From NCBI GenBank assembly GCA_003971905.1, contig RSEE01000065.1, positions 310,001-374,000 of the forward strand: a DNA stretch of 64,000 nucleotides. The letters run 5' to 3'. Position numbers and translations under genes: made by a program. Under the pieces are notes generated by a model. It saw only the letters and a list, made by a program, of their open reading frames with translations, did no database searches and was not told where the DNA came from. Positions 48,237 to 61,999 of the stretch are shown here, piece by piece; the first letter of the stretch is position 1, and each line of letters starts with the position of its first letter. Source of the stretch: Moniliella sp. 'wahieum' (taxonomy: Eukaryota).

Positions 48237-50166
48237 GTTGGACGAACGATTGAAGAGAGTCGGATGAAGATGAGGGGTTAGAAGGGAAGTAAACTCCCTG
48301 AAGGTGGTGTATAAGAGGGAAGAAGGAGAAGATGAAGGACTACTCGACAGGCTCCTGAAATTCAGCGTCTAGCTTTATGCTGTGGCTGTTAAGGTCCAGG
48401 ACTAAGGCCTATACGCTTATATCTCTCCGTTAGTCTATAGCCTCTAGAAGCGCCACACTCGGAGGCGTTATTACATGCTTGCATTAGAGCGAGAGTGCAA
48501 TAACCGGTAACTAGGTAACTCCTACAGAAGCACACAGGGTTCAGTGTTTTGCATACCGATATATACGCTCCCGCCGGCCCAGTGCCATAATCAGGTGCCA
48601 GCTGTTGCGTTTTCGGCATGAAAGACGCCGCGTACCGACAGGTCAATACGTGCTCAGCAAAACTTGAGGCTTGAAGACCTGCTCAAGGCGGCCTGAGGCC
48701 CCGGTAAAGGAAAGCCGCCCCGTAACGCGTATACGGTGATGCGTATATACGACGGCGGTAATCGCAACTGGTCTGCCCCTGGGATATTCATTCATTACCA
48801 GAAGACTTCCCTGATTTACTGGTTGCCTGATTAGGTTAACTCAGTTACCGGCCCCACAGTGGTTGTATTGGGTCAAGTGTTTGGAGTGACGAACTAGTGA
48901 CTTCATGATTGGCGAGACTATATGGTGTTGATCGATGATTACCGAGTATTACTTGGGTGTAACCACCGCCATGGCGATAATCGATAACAAGCGACAACTT
49001 GGCTCTGTTGGGTGGAAGTCGGAGAAGGCTTTTTGGATGACAGCCACAAGCAGGTGTGGGCTGGTGTGGCAGACATCGCAGGGGCTTTGCTTTGCGCAAG
49101 ATAGGAAGGGATGCGAGTATGCGACAGAGCTTCCAGCTTCCGCGGCTTCCAGCCCACAATGTGGCTGTTGTGTGGCGTTGACTTCAACCATCGATCACCG
49201 ATCGTGGAATGCCGACTAGGCCGAACTGTCTCACTAGCGCCGATTTTGCCGTGTTCGGCGAGTGTTAGATCTCCGATCATCGATCATCTGTCCCTTCTTG
49301 ACTGGTCCTGACTAGTGACTGCATCTCTCCTCTTTTGGCTACTATGGGCACGTTGTGGAAGACGAGAGAAACAAAGTAGACATAGCTGTTCTCTTCCAGA
49401 AGAAACGATTCTCAACAAAGGATACGGAGAGGAGAGTCGGACAAGAAGGCACGATTTACGAGAAATCTGTGGGCATGCCTTTGTGTACCAACTGTAACAG
49501 CGTTCTCGATCATTTTTGCCCATGCTTAATTGGGCTCTTCAACAGCTTCAACGTCCGTGAGTACTGAGTGAAAGAGGAAGAGTGCCCAATAGGAGTATAG
49601 GTGGGTTATGCCTTATTGTCCCGTATATTAGGTGTGCTGGCCGGATGCTATTGTCCCAAAGCACTGAGGCCGCGCTGAGGCTTGATGCACTTGATGCATG
49701 GTGCTTTTGCAGCACTGTGGTCTATAGCATGTGCGGAGACGACACAAAAGCACTCCATTGAGATATGGTCGTTTCTCGCAGACGTAATATAGTACGCTGC
49801 CTTCTCTTTTCATTGCATTTCCTTCTCTAACTTCATGCATCTACCATCGAGAACATCCCCACTACGGAGGCCGGCGCACTATATCCTTTTGTCGTGTGGG
49901 GCAGTACCACACGCATATAAAAAGGGTCGCATCTGTCTGCATCCGGACGATTATCTAGAGCCCATACAATGATACGGGCTTTCAGAGTCCGATACGACAG
50001 AATAGGTAGTGAATGAGGAGTGTGAGTTGGCTGTGACGCCGGATGCTACAATCGGAACGAACGTGGAGAGAAACAGATACAGCTGTGCCGGTCAAAAGAA
50101 CGAACAAATTGGCGACGTGTGAACGAGCGCAAACAAAATCCTCGCCTGAGGTCATCCACTCGCTCG

Positions 50167-52456
50167 TTACACTGAGTCAGAAAGGAGAGGGGAGATGCCC
50201 TCCAAGGATAACGGAAGCCCTTCCCCAAGGAAAGGGGAGGGGGCACGCTCGGTAGCAGCTTCCCCATCCACCAAAGACCAGAAGAACGAATCAAGCGAAT
50301 CAAGCGTGTTGAGCGAGCCGGGATCCCAGGCATCCGTCGTCACCCCCGTCGAGGGCCCCCTCGAGCCCCCGTTGACGGATCGGTAAGGGGAGGCTGTGAG
50401 AGAGAGGCGTTAGGGTAGGTCATTGATGGCGCATAGGGTGCCGGCAGCCAGGCAGTTGTCAGTTGCCCGTCGGGAAGAAGGTGGGTCAGCTGGCCAGGGT
50501 CCAGTTGTAGAAAGGAAGCGTTCGGTTCAAGTACTTTTTTTAGGCGACGGAGGAGATCAAGAAGGTCTTGGGCTTCTTGGGCTTGGATAGCACGTGCGCG
50601 TGCGTCGAGACAATGCGCGCGTCGCTACATAGTGCTGAAGTATAAGCGCCGAAGACAACACTTTGCGTGCCATTAAGAAACACCATCGTCCCATACCACT
50701 TGATTCATCTTCTCCCGGCTCTGGAGAGGCCCACGCAGTCGGGCCTACGCAGTCGAGAAACGCCTGCACAGCATACCGCGCCGCGGGAACACACCTCTCT
50801 TCCGCCTCGTGCTGGCGAGGATCATCCATCCACCACGTGAGGACAAACCGCCCATAGAGCGGGAGCATCAGCGCGTTCAGCCCTAACTCCACCCTTTCTT
50901 CCAGGGAAAACGTCAGCATCGCGTTTTCCCTACCTTGGTATTGAGCTTTGCGCCGCTTGATCCGTAAGTGTTGGTCTTGGCTGGCAAGTCGTAGGTCGGG
51001 TGGAACGTGCTCCAATAGACTGTCCACTTGCGCCTGAATCTTTTTCGTCTCGATCCAGGACGCATCGAGGGATAAATTTGCATGTTGCAAGTTGAGCATC
51101 ACGGCCTGATTCATGATCAGGCTCGTATCGAATGCGATCTGCAGAGAGCCGAGAGAAAGTTAGTTTTTTCACTTCTCTCAAAAGCAAATTGCCTCACCTT
51201 GAGAACGATGTTCCACCCTTCTCTTCCTTCCAACTGGAGGGCGAATAGAGGAAAGAAGGTGCACTGCGCGGTCCGCGCTCAAACACCATAGGATGACGGG
51301 TGCGGAAGTGGGAGCTGGTGAAGGAATCGAGGATGACTGCGAACGTCCATAAGCGCATACGGTCCAGCACTTGTTCCCGTGGCAGACCTGGAGGCGGATC
51401 AAGGTGGAGCCTGACGGAAAATGCATTGCCCATAGTTAGGAGTACCAGGGCCAAGCTCACCTTCTCCGAGCGGAAGATCAGCATGACAAACGCAAGCAGA
51501 ATCTGGCTGCGGACAGTATCGATAGTGACCACTTCAAACGTCTGGGAGGCGTCCAGGGCGTAGATGGCCATGTCGAGAAACGTGGGCAGATCGCAGTTGG
51601 CCAGAAAGGGGCTCGGCACCGAAGCAATCCCGGTCTCTACCATCACGATCACAGCCATGGCACAGATCAAGGCGCAAAAGTCAACGTAGTGGCATAACGT
51701 CTCCCGGGACATGTTGGACAGAAGAGGGCGCTGACGCACGTTATGTAGAGCCTCAAGACGTGCATCGAAGACTGATCGATCAATGATCCAAGAGTGTAGC
51801 GGGACGTCAGCAAAAAAGATGTGGGCAATGGTGACAATGGTAGGGGTCGGTGGCAAATGCTGCAATAGCTGGAGCAGCACATCAGCCTTGTTGTTAGTGG
51901 AAGGAGGGGACGTGGCCGAAAACTGGGCCATTTCAGGAGGGAAAGGGGACACATCAAGAGAGCGAGCGTGTGAGTGTGGGTGCGAGTGCAGATGGGGAGG
52001 GAAGGGGGAAGGAGAATGAGAATGAGAATGAGAATCGGGACCAGAATAGGGGGTAGTTTGTGGCTCGGCAATGTGTGTGTGTGTGTGTGGAAGCGGGGAG
52101 GCAGAGGCGGCGGCGGAGGACGAGGTAGATGGGGAGTCGTCGACGGTCCGAATGCCGAAGTGTCGGGCCAGAGAGGCGGCCAGACGCTCAAGTCGGTCGA
52201 GACGGGTCTGGACGGGGGGGGTGCAGACGGTGGCGGGTGGTTCGGGGCGTTCGATGGGGTGGGTACCGGGGGGCCAGACGCAGCGGTGCTCCTCATTGCG
52301 GCTGACGCAGCCCGAGCAGGGATGGTGGCGATCGCACTTGAGCTTGCGCACTCGGCAGTTCTCGCAGCTCTGGCGGTTGCTAGGGCGCTGAAGCGAGGGG
52401 ATGCGCTTGCGCTTGCTGGGCCGCCCAGCGCCGTCCAAGATGCCACTCGTACTCAT
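50167..52456 (-). CDS. Zn(II)2Cys6 transcription factor with middle-homology region (introns about 51138-51197 and near 50394-50500; 3' end inferred)
   Basis: 'SCENCRVRKLKCDRHHPCSGCVSRNEEHRCVW'; 'AFSVRLHLDP...DRMRLW....LD'. Confidence 0.88.
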
Positions 52457-54089
52457 CTGCTGGATCGACGGCGGCAGCGCTCAGCCCGAGCCACAAAAAC
52501 ACTCGCTTATCTGGAATGGCAAGCACCAGCCTGCTGAAGGAGTGGAAGCAGCGAGCGCCCGACTGCTGATGGGGTGGAGAATGGTTGATGGGATCGGATC
52601 GATCAGGCGGGGCAGGAATGGGCGTAAGCACGTAAGCGTTGAGAGCCCAAGTGCCTGTGGGTGTCAAGCCTCAGGGCCTCAGGCTGAACGCTGAACAGAC
52701 GCTGCGCCTGGAGGTGGAAGCGGGGATGGAAGCTTTGAAGGCCGACGCCAGCCGAGACCGCGCACGAAGAGCCTGAAGTCCGGGCGAGAGGCTGCGGACG
52801 GGGCTACCCACCATCCGAGCACAACCAACAAAACCACGGCCCATCGCCCTCCCCGTGCTGCTCCGCGGAGAGGATGAGGATGTGAATGCGCTTGGCGCGG
52901 GGCGCGGCACCCGTGCACTCAAGCCACCCGAGTGCGCATTGAATATTTTGTATTTCGTCCGATGACTTCCGTCATCGCAAGCCACTCCAGGCCCGGCGCT
53001 CGCCGCCTTCTCTTTCCCGCGGCTTTCTCGCCCACGCGAGCAAAGCGGGCTATGGATAAAACCACCAACGCATTCCCGGGCCTATCTTGGCCTTCTGTCA
53101 CTGCATAACCACTACTTACATTCAACGCAACTCCCATTCCCGCGGTAAACCAGGTGATGAACGTTGAACGTTGAACGTGCCCACACGAATATATTGGAAT
53201 GAGTATCGTACCCTCTGAAAATACTAATACTGGCTGCCCTCCCCGACGCATAACCCTCTCTCGTGAGAAGATCGAGGATAAGGATCCCTCTCTTGCTCTC
53301 GCCCTCTGAGTTCCTCCGAAAAGTCTGAGTTCCTCCGAAAAGGAGATGCTCCATGGTTATCCTGACGAGAGATACTGCAAATCCCGGCTTCGAACAATAA
53401 CCGTAACTCTGTCGTCGCGTGGCTGCGGCGGCGGGCGGCCGAGCCTGGCCGAGAGCCCCTGGCCAAGCCCATACGCTCCCTCCCTTTTCTTAGTCTTTGC
53501 CTTGGGTATAGGTCTACGCCGGTATGAACGTTTGAGAACGAACATTGAACAAACACACGTACTCCGGTCAATTCTTGACCCGCACCAGGTAACCCCCGGG
53601 CGTTTCTCCTAGTATACACCGACTGGAAGACCAACAGCGATCCCACCGACCACATCTTCCAGTGACCACTTCTGGGCCTTTTCCAATCGCCATCTCCAAG
53701 CGGGCACCCATTGCCGCCGATCTCCCGAATCCACCAGCCTCCTCGGTATTACGGATTCGGCGGCGATTCTACACGAGTTGAGTGACAGGACCTGTCCCAC
53801 TAGCCTTTTTTCTTTTTCGAAAGCCCTCACCCTTCGCAGCACCGCTTCCATAGACACTTTTTTGCAACTCCCTCTGAAAGGTTACATGCTGTTCCCACCC
53901 TCTCCCTCTGTACCCATCCTCTTAAACAGCTCCCCACAAACGAAGAGCTTCTCCGGTCGCGCACATATGCCACTTCATTCCTAGAACATGATGATTTAAC
54001 CCATTTTGTCTAGTAGAGACGAAGAACCGCCCTTCGCTTTCCTAAGGTAGAATGGAACATACACCTTGGCAGTACGGTGAAACGAATCC

Positions 54090-55624
54090 TTAAACGACTT
54101 TGTCGCTTCGGATGGCCGCCTGGCCATAATCCACCTTCTCGAGTCCTTCAGGCGTCGGGAGGATGCTGCGGTTGAAACAGGCCAGCGGAAGGCCCAGCGT
54201 CACAGCCGCATTAGGTGAGTCAACGATAGAACCCACGTGGATATCGATGGGCATCTGGAAGAGTCAAGGTGAGTTAGCAGTGCCCCTTTGTTCAACCCCA
54301 TGTGGCCCCAACAGAATTGATTCAGCAAGAACATACCGCCGAAAGAAGAAGGTAGGCTTGCTCGCGGGTGTATCCCACTTTCTCCAGATAGGCAATCGCC
54401 TCCCGCACAGCAACCTTTGTGGCGATCGTAGCGTCCATATTACCCTGGCGTCCATCATTGTAAATGTCAACTCCAATGCCCTCAAAGATCAGCTTGTCCG
54501 CGTACACCGGGTCGATCGGAGAGGGGAGGGAAGGCATTTTGGTTCCGAATTTCTCCACCCCGCCTTTGATCAGGTCGACTTGCAGTGTCACGACCCCAGC
54601 CATTTCAATGGCCCCGCAGAAGGAGATTTCGCCATCGCCCTGAGAGAAATGCAGGTCGCCGACTGAAATACACAAAGGTTAGCTCTTCCATCCAATGGAA
54701 AGGGAATTGGGTAGCCCAGCGTCCAAAAGAAAGTGACGACTCACGAGAGAGAGTTTTGCACCAGGCACGTAAACGGGAAAGTATCCTCGGCTCCCGCGGG
54801 ACAAGTTCTTGATGTCAAGGTTGCCCCCATTCTCCCGTCCAGGAATCGTACGAGCGCCCTCCGCTTGGATCGTTGCCTTGATTTGATCACTGAGAGCACC
54901 CGGCTTTGACCCAATGTACGCACCCTTGGGCTCGGGGGCAAGGCGACAGCTGGCACGCAGGCTGATTTCTTGCCTTCCGAGTCGATCTCGAGGTGCTGGT
55001 CAATCAGTCCTCTCTCGCGCTCGTTCCACTTTTCCAGCAGTTCCTGCGAGGGGGCAATCAGGCCCGGGTGAGGAATGCCCGCAAAACGAACGCCGGGGAT
55101 GTGCCGCGACTCGGCGTAAATGCCTTTGAAGTCCCAAATGGCCTATCGGTATCCCATCCCGTAGCATTGACAGTTAGACATTGTTCGATCAGAGGGGTAA
55201 GAGGAGGGAAGCGTACCTTGGAAGCATGCGAGTCAAACTCGCGCGCAAAGAGACCACCTCCATTCTCTTTTTCAAAGATGCCCGTGAAGCCCCAGGGCTG
55301 ATCCTCGTGGGGCCGTACATCCAGGAGATCCACAACAAGAAGGTCGCCAGGCTCAGCCCCCTCGACGGCGATAGGGCCGGAAAGGTAGTGGATTTGGGTG
55401 AGGTCGACATTGCGGATGTCGTCAGCGTTGTCGTCGTTGTGAATCTGTCCACCTGTCCACTCGTGAGTCTCCATCTTGAAGATGGTGCCTGGCTTAACAG
55501 TGGCATAGGTAGGCACGTCGGGGTGCCAGCGGTTGTGAAGGCCCTCTTGGGTGAAGGCGCGCTTGCTGACGTCGACCTTGACGAGCGTCGGGATGGGGCC
55601 CCCGGTCATCTTGCTGGCGTCCAT
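54090..55624 (-). CDS. fmdS: Formamidase / acetamidase (FmdA_AmdA family); about 4 introns
   Basis: 'LHNRWHPDVP', 'WTGGQIHNDDNADD', 'HYLSGPIAVEGAEPGD', 'WGFTGIF..ENGGG', 'SVGDLHFSQGDGEISFCGAIEMAG', 'GYTREQAYLLLS', 'VDSPNA.VTLGLP'. Confidence 0.93.
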
Positions 55625-58600
55625 GGTGGATGTGTAGGGAAGGGGAAGGGCAAGACGGGGAATGGGGGTGAGATGTAGTGTGGAGGAAAGGAGAGAGGGG
55701 GGGGGGTGGATGGCGATGGGAGAGAAAAGAGATGGGGTAGAGGCGCAGATTGAGGCGGCACGGTGTCGATGAGTGAGAAAGGGCAAGCAGGCACCATACG
55801 ACAGACAGGACGCGAAGCACGGACCAGGTCTCAGATTGCACAGTGGCAAGGAAGAGGACAGCAAAAGTGTCGCCTGCCACTCTGCCACCTCCCAAGAGAC
55901 ACTGCTCTCACGCTCTCCTTGGTTCTTATCGATTACCGAGATTATCTCGATTATCGCCAGTGGCGACCGGTGACTCTGGGGTTGGCGAGTACTCAGACTG
56001 AGTACCGAGTAAGTGTGCGATCCTGATTTCAAACACTGCCCCAGTGCGCCATCGGCTGATCCAACTTACATGGCTCTCTCCAAGCTCCACCTCGGGGCCA
56101 CCCATCCCCACAGACCACATGCCTGCCACAACCGACTGATCAAGCTTCAAAGTTCAAAGCTTCAAGCTTCAAGCAGCGAGTTGACGGCGGCCCCTTTTGG
56201 GCCCTTCGTTATACGCACCCGGATGCCGATTGTTGCATGTTACCGGTTACCGGTTATCCTTTCCCAGCGATGGGAAGCACGATGCACCGAGGCTACGCGT
56301 TGCGCGCAGCGTTGCACCTTGACGGCATCCGCCGGCCCTGGCGACGTGCACCTGGATGGCGATGACATAATTCTCGCTCGGTGCCCCATTTGTGATGATT
56401 GATGATCGATGGTCGATGATCGATGATCGATGATTCTACCTCTGAATATGAAATATGAAATTTGACCTCTTTGCTCCCATCCTGTGCAGATCCCCATGGT
56501 GAGCGCTTAGGCTAAGCGCTAAGCGCATTCAAGCTCGTTAGGCCTTAAAGTCCGTCTGGCCCCAGCACCCCTAGGCCTAGATGGTGTGCGCCCTGGCCAA
56601 ACGTAGCCAACTCACCACCACCGTCTCGACCTGCCACCTCGTCTTCACGCCCACGCCCGCTATAGCGCCTGTGAGAGTTATGCCCCCGCAACGTAGTACT
56701 CTCCCTCAGCGTGGCCCCATGCCATGCCCATGCAGGAGATGTGCTGGGCGTTCGGTTTTTGTCTGGAAGACCATCCGGCGTCATATACTTGAGCTCTACG
56801 GGATCAATCAAATGACCGATATTCATGACCCAGGCATGCTGGTGTGGCTCTACACTGGCACAAACTTGACTAAAAGGTTCTCTCACGGCGGGATAAGCCT
56901 GTTCTCGCTGCGGAAGTTGCGGGCCCCATTATCCAGCCTGGGCCTGCCAACCGGCAGCGTACGTTCCATCTTTCGGCGCATGTTGGACCTACAGGCAACT
57001 CACTCTGTTCCCCAGTACGTGCAGCACTGGAAACTTTGCAACCCGGTTTGCCCATTTCAGACGTGAATGGGGCGGCTGCGCCAATGCTCACGTCAAAGCC
57101 ACCCTCCGATGCCCAGGCCAGTCGGGTATTACCAACTCCTACGTCAACTCACGCCTTTGGAGACAAAGAGAATGCGGAACCTGATCTCCAGCGTGATGGG
57201 CAATGAATGTTTCCATGTGTCCGTGGGACAATGTTGAGGCGAGGCTTACAGACGACGACGTCAGCTTTTGCACCTATAGAGTGCTATGCGCTGCACCTTT
57301 GATCAATTTGAATGCCTCCTGTTCCGGAGTACATTTGTGGAAGGGTATACTAGTTGAAAAATGGGGGCGTATCCTCGTACTTGTTCATGATCAATCAGGA
57401 GAGTAGTGTTCCAGAAGGCAGCAACCAAGAGGAAAATGGCCAGGACAGTGCATACAACCCAGCATATATCAGCGTCTTGTTTTCTCGCTGACCTTGGGCA
57501 CCTCAAAGGGGCCCAAGCTGCGTGCACTGTGCCCGATTCTGAGCCTGCTTTGGAGTCAGGGACGGTGCGCGTCCGCGTCACTGCGTGCCCAACTATACTA
57601 TACTAATTCCTGTGTACTAGTACCGTTTCCGGCTGCAACGCGCCATTGCTGATGATCTTCGCGACACACTCCGCGTCTATGTCAGTGGGAACCACCGTCT
57701 GCCAACCCAGCTGGAGGGGAGCATCTTCGTCTATCGTGATCCGCGTCGAGAGCACGTCCTGCCTGAGTACCAGAATAAATGCACGGCCTCACTTCCATAT
57801 AACCCTAAGGACATAGCCGGGCTTTGGTACTCAAGTGTCGATGGAGTTGTGGTGCGGCTGTTACCGACATCGCGCATGCATTAGCTGACCACAGGAAGGA
57901 CAGTTGGATACACGCGGACTCCTCTCTGTTGGAATATATGCCACCCAACCCGTGCCTTTGTTGCCCACAGCTCATCGAGCGGTCATCATACGCGGGAGTG
58001 GTGCATTCCCCTCCCACACCGGTGTTGTTTCGCGACGCTGCTGTTCCTCTCTCTCTGCTCATGCCCACAGTGCTGGAGTTCTAGGATGCAAGATGTGAAG
58101 TGGGTGCTTATGATATAGGCGCCAAATCCAACTCCGACCCCGCGGGACATGCACCGCAGCCAACGGCTACCACAGGCCCCCCCAGGCACCCGCAACCGCG
58201 CACCTCCGACGCACACTGGCCTACGCCTACCCCCCACCAGCCCAAGGCGAACAGGGCCGTCTGCGTCTCGCTGTCCCCACAGAGAGCCAGTGCCCCCCCG
58301 CCACACACCTGTCGCCCGCTCCCGATCAGAGCGCGTCAGCCTCCACAGACCTCCACACGAGCTGCCCAAAGCACGGGGACGGGGGCGCTCTTTTCCAGCC
58401 GATGGTGACGTCACTGCAGTGGGAGGGCTTAGACTCGGCGGGCGCCTCCCCCGGACAAATGCCGCACCTGTCCAGCGCATTCCCTCGCAGCTGTGGCCTG
58501 CTGAGCGACGCTTACAAGTAGCTAATAGTAATGCTAACGACTCGGATCGATGCTTGGCTGCCCCGCGTGACCCGCATGACTGCAACATCAAGTGTCGCCA

Positions 58601-58716
58601 CAGGCCGTCGCTCTCTACTTCGTCCGCTATCCTCACCACCACCTCTTCCCTCACCCCTCACCAGGCCACCGCCTCTTCCTTCTCCTCTTCCCCTTTGCCG
58701 TGCCATTTGACACACG

Positions 58717-59469
58717 ATGCACCACTTTCGGCGTAGCTTCCATGAGGGAAAACGCATCGAGCAGTTCCCCTCGCCGCACCGTGTGTCGTTTGTTGGACCC
58801 CCTCCAGGTGCCAACCCGACCATCTGGTGAGTGCCAATCTCTGTCCGCTCTCTATTCAACGTGCTCCCTAAGCAGCTGACTTGTCTTGCCACCCCGTTCA
58901 CTCCGTGTGCAGGAAATATTTTGTTGCGGTGGATACCAATCGGTCGGGTGCGATCGATGCGCGCGAGCTGCAGCGTGCGCTTGTCAATGGCGACTTTACC
59001 CATTTTGATTTGCCACGATCACGATGCTTTGTTCCAGTTTTCGCGCCACCGGACGGGCGAGCTGGTGTACGAGGAGTTTGCAGCCTTGTACACTTACATT
59101 CTCCAATGGTCCGATTGCTTTCGCCAAGCGGACCGAGATGGGTCCGGGACGATTGATGAACAAGAGATGGGAATGGCGCTGCGCAACTTTGGTTTCAACC
59201 TCGATCCCTCTACGCTCCACATGATCATGGTCAGGTACAGAGGCGTGAGCTCCCAGCCAGGCATTACTTTTGACCGCTTTGTCCGGGCTTGTGTAGCGGT
59301 CAAGGCCTTGACTGAGGGGTTCCAGCGATTTGACACCCAGGGAAGAGGGTATGCGCAGATGTCCTACAAGGATTTTATGGAAATCCGTGAGTTTTCTTCT
59401 TCCCCCCCCCTTCTGCTGCTGGCGCTGTCGATTGACATGCATCTATACACAGACTTCAAGGCACCTTAA
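58717..59469 (+). CDS. PEF1: Penta-EF-hand calcium-binding protein (Pef1/peflin/ALG-2); introns 58827-58912 and 59387-59452
   Basis: 'PPPGANPTIW|KYFVAVDTNRSGAIDARELQRALVNG', 'EEFAALY.YI..W..CFRQADRDGSGTID..EM..AL..FGF', 'ITFDRFVRACV.VK.LTEGFQRFDT'. Confidence 0.9.
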
Positions 59470-59863
59470 AGCTGCATCCTCTTTTGTTTATTGGACCCCC
59501 GGTAACGAGGGTCTTGTTTGCTGATGGTGCCACATTTACAGGCTCATGCTTATCTGCCCCCGATCTGAATAGGTCTATGTATACTTGTGTCTGATCGTTT
59601 GCGACTGTGAATCCTCTGCTGTGCACATTATCTGTACCCAAAGTGCCACCGCATCATTCCCTGTTCTTGACCTGACCTCATCAGCTTCTAATCATTATCA
59701 TCATTTACTGGCACAAAAATGACACGGGGGTGCATTCGTCGATACCAGCCCCCCCTCCCCGAATTGTCTTGCAAAAGCGCAGCTGTAGAATGCAGAGGGG
59801 AGGGGGACGGAGTGCAGAGGCCGGAAGCTCAGCATACTTCTCGAGTTAGCGTTGAGAAGGCGC

Positions 59864-61595
59864 TCAATCGTAGCTACCTGCTTGGGCGTCCCCGCTGCGG
59901 CGTGTGACATGCGACGACCAGGGGGGTGCGAGGACCCAGCGAACCGAGGAGAGCCAACGGGCTAAGCACGTTGCCTCCCGTGGGCGATGAGGGCAGGCTG
60001 GTCCCACTAGGTGAGAGGGGCGACTTGTCCCCCTTAAGGCTAGGTTGTGGAGAGCCGGAGTCAGCAGATCGTCCAATCGTGCTTTGGTGGTCACATCGGC
60101 CAGGGTAAGAATGCGTTGCAATACGTAGTTGCCATACAAGTCGTGCAAAAGGATCAGAGCAATCACTTCCTCTTCTCTATCCTCGCCCGTCTGGTGCGCA
60201 GGAACAGACAATCGACAATCCATCGGAACAGGCACCTTTCCCCCCGTCTTCTTGCCCAGTCTCTCGCTTCACTGGGCGCAAAGGGGTTGCGACCCGAGCG
60301 AAGGAAATAAGGTGCTCCATTACGTTCGAAGCGTACTTATGCCGTGAAAGACGAAGAAACAGTCGTACCCCGTTTCGGGGCCAGAAGGAGAGATAGAACG
60401 ATTCTTTCTCTCTCTTCCTCGGGCACAGACCCATCGCGGCGTAACAGCCATTGAACCAAATAATTGCCGTATGCATCTGTGCACAGATCGAGGGCATAGT
60501 GTACAATCTGGGCAGCCAAAGACCTTGTTTGGGAGGGTGGGCAATGTTCCAATAATCGTTGGAGCACCCGACAAGCGTAGTGATGCTTCCCCGTCCACAA
60601 AACGTGTGGTTCAAAAGCTCCGATCAGGTGGGAGACCACTCTCTTGCGGCTTGCTCCGTTTCAACATGGGGGGCAGGGTAATGATGATCAACTGTAGAAC
60701 ATGGTTGGCATTTTGGTCGGCCGCCAGCAATCGACCTCCTCCTCGTTTGTGACTAGCGGGAGAGCAAGGTCTGCGACCTGGGGAATAGAGAGATAAGGCA
60801 ATGCTCGCTGGAGCACTCGACAAGCGTACTGGTTTTCGCAATTGACGGCACGTCCACACCCTTGGGATCAAAGAACCCCAGGACCCCAACAGTTGGGACG
60901 ATCTGCCGCCGAGCCATGTTCCAACAGTTTCTGCACTACCTGCATTTTTCAACGTCAGTGATTGCCGAAGGAGTTAGGATGGCGACCCACATAGTTTCCG
61001 TAGACGTCATACATCAGGTCTTGAGCGTGGTCACCCACTTCGGTCAAGACAAGGCCACGTTCTTCCTCGGTGGCGTGGTCCAAATAATGTTGTAGGCGTC
61101 TCGAACCCAGCTGGTCGCGAGAAAGACGTATGGCTTGGCCGTGTAGGTTTCCACCTGCGGCAAGAAGGGGCTCGGTCAGAGAGACGGAGGACCGATGAGA
61201 ACTGCCCTTTGGGAAGGACGTGCCCCCCTTGGCACCATCAATCAGCGAGAACGGCGACCAGGCGGAAGAGCGCGGGTGCCAACACCATAAGTGGCAACGG
61301 TAGGCGAGTGGGGATGAGGGTACCAAGGGTCATAGGTGTACTGCCACCCCCCCCCGTGCATTCGGGCATATCCCAGGGCTGGGACCAGTATCCTTGGGGA
61401 GTGTAAGGAAAGTAGGTGGGCGAAGTAGGCGTGGCGGGAGAAGCTCCTCCCTGTGGTGGAGCGTACCCATACCACACGGGATGCAGGGGATAGATGTCCC
61501 CGTGTGACTGGGGGGACTGAGAATTGGGGCAGGGGCGGTGGCGTCTTCTGTTCCTTGGCGCGGGGGCGCGGTGTTGATCTGGGGGGGAATGCCAT
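59864..61595 (-). CDS. Pumilio/PUF RNA-binding protein (Puf3-like repeat code); fragmented by introns and indels
   Basis: Successive PUF repeats 'DQLGSRRLQ', 'DVYGNYV', 'DQNANHVLQ', 'HHYACRVLQRLLEH', 'DAYGNYLVQ', 'HKYASNVMEH', 'DLYGNYVLQR'. Confidence 0.88.
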
Positions 61596-61999
61596 TTACC
61601 TTCTCTGTAGGGGTGTTATGGGCAGAGGGAGAGGATGGCTAGCAAGCGGTGGCACACTGAGGATGGCGAGGGTGGTGGCGGGAGTGAAAGCCAGCGGAGT
61701 AGCCGCGACTCTGAGGCGATAAGGTGTTAGGACTGGATTCCCCTAGCAACCGTGCGAGCCCGGGGGTAGTGGTCGCCGCAGCGTTACAGCAATGCTGATA
61801 AGATCGGCGATGATTAATTGATTAAAGCGTCTTGATTAATATGTTACCTTGATCACGATCATGGGGCATAGCGTAGACAGCAAACAACCAAAAGCTACTG
61901 ACCGTCCTGACCACCATCTCTACTACAACCCCGTTCCCAGCGATTGCTACTCTTTGCCCATCCTGTCAACAGCCACAGTGTGCTCGCAGGTCTCTCACC

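Noticed and set aside
53224..53990. ORFs and a 19-bp-period duplication (CTGAGTTCCTCCGAAAAG, 53306-53342) between the Zn2Cys6 gene and formamidase
   Set aside because: No recognisable protein or element ends; may be a decayed repeat.
56545..58400. Possible decayed gene or TE fragment between formamidase and PEF1
   Set aside because: Only short ORFs without diagnostic motifs.
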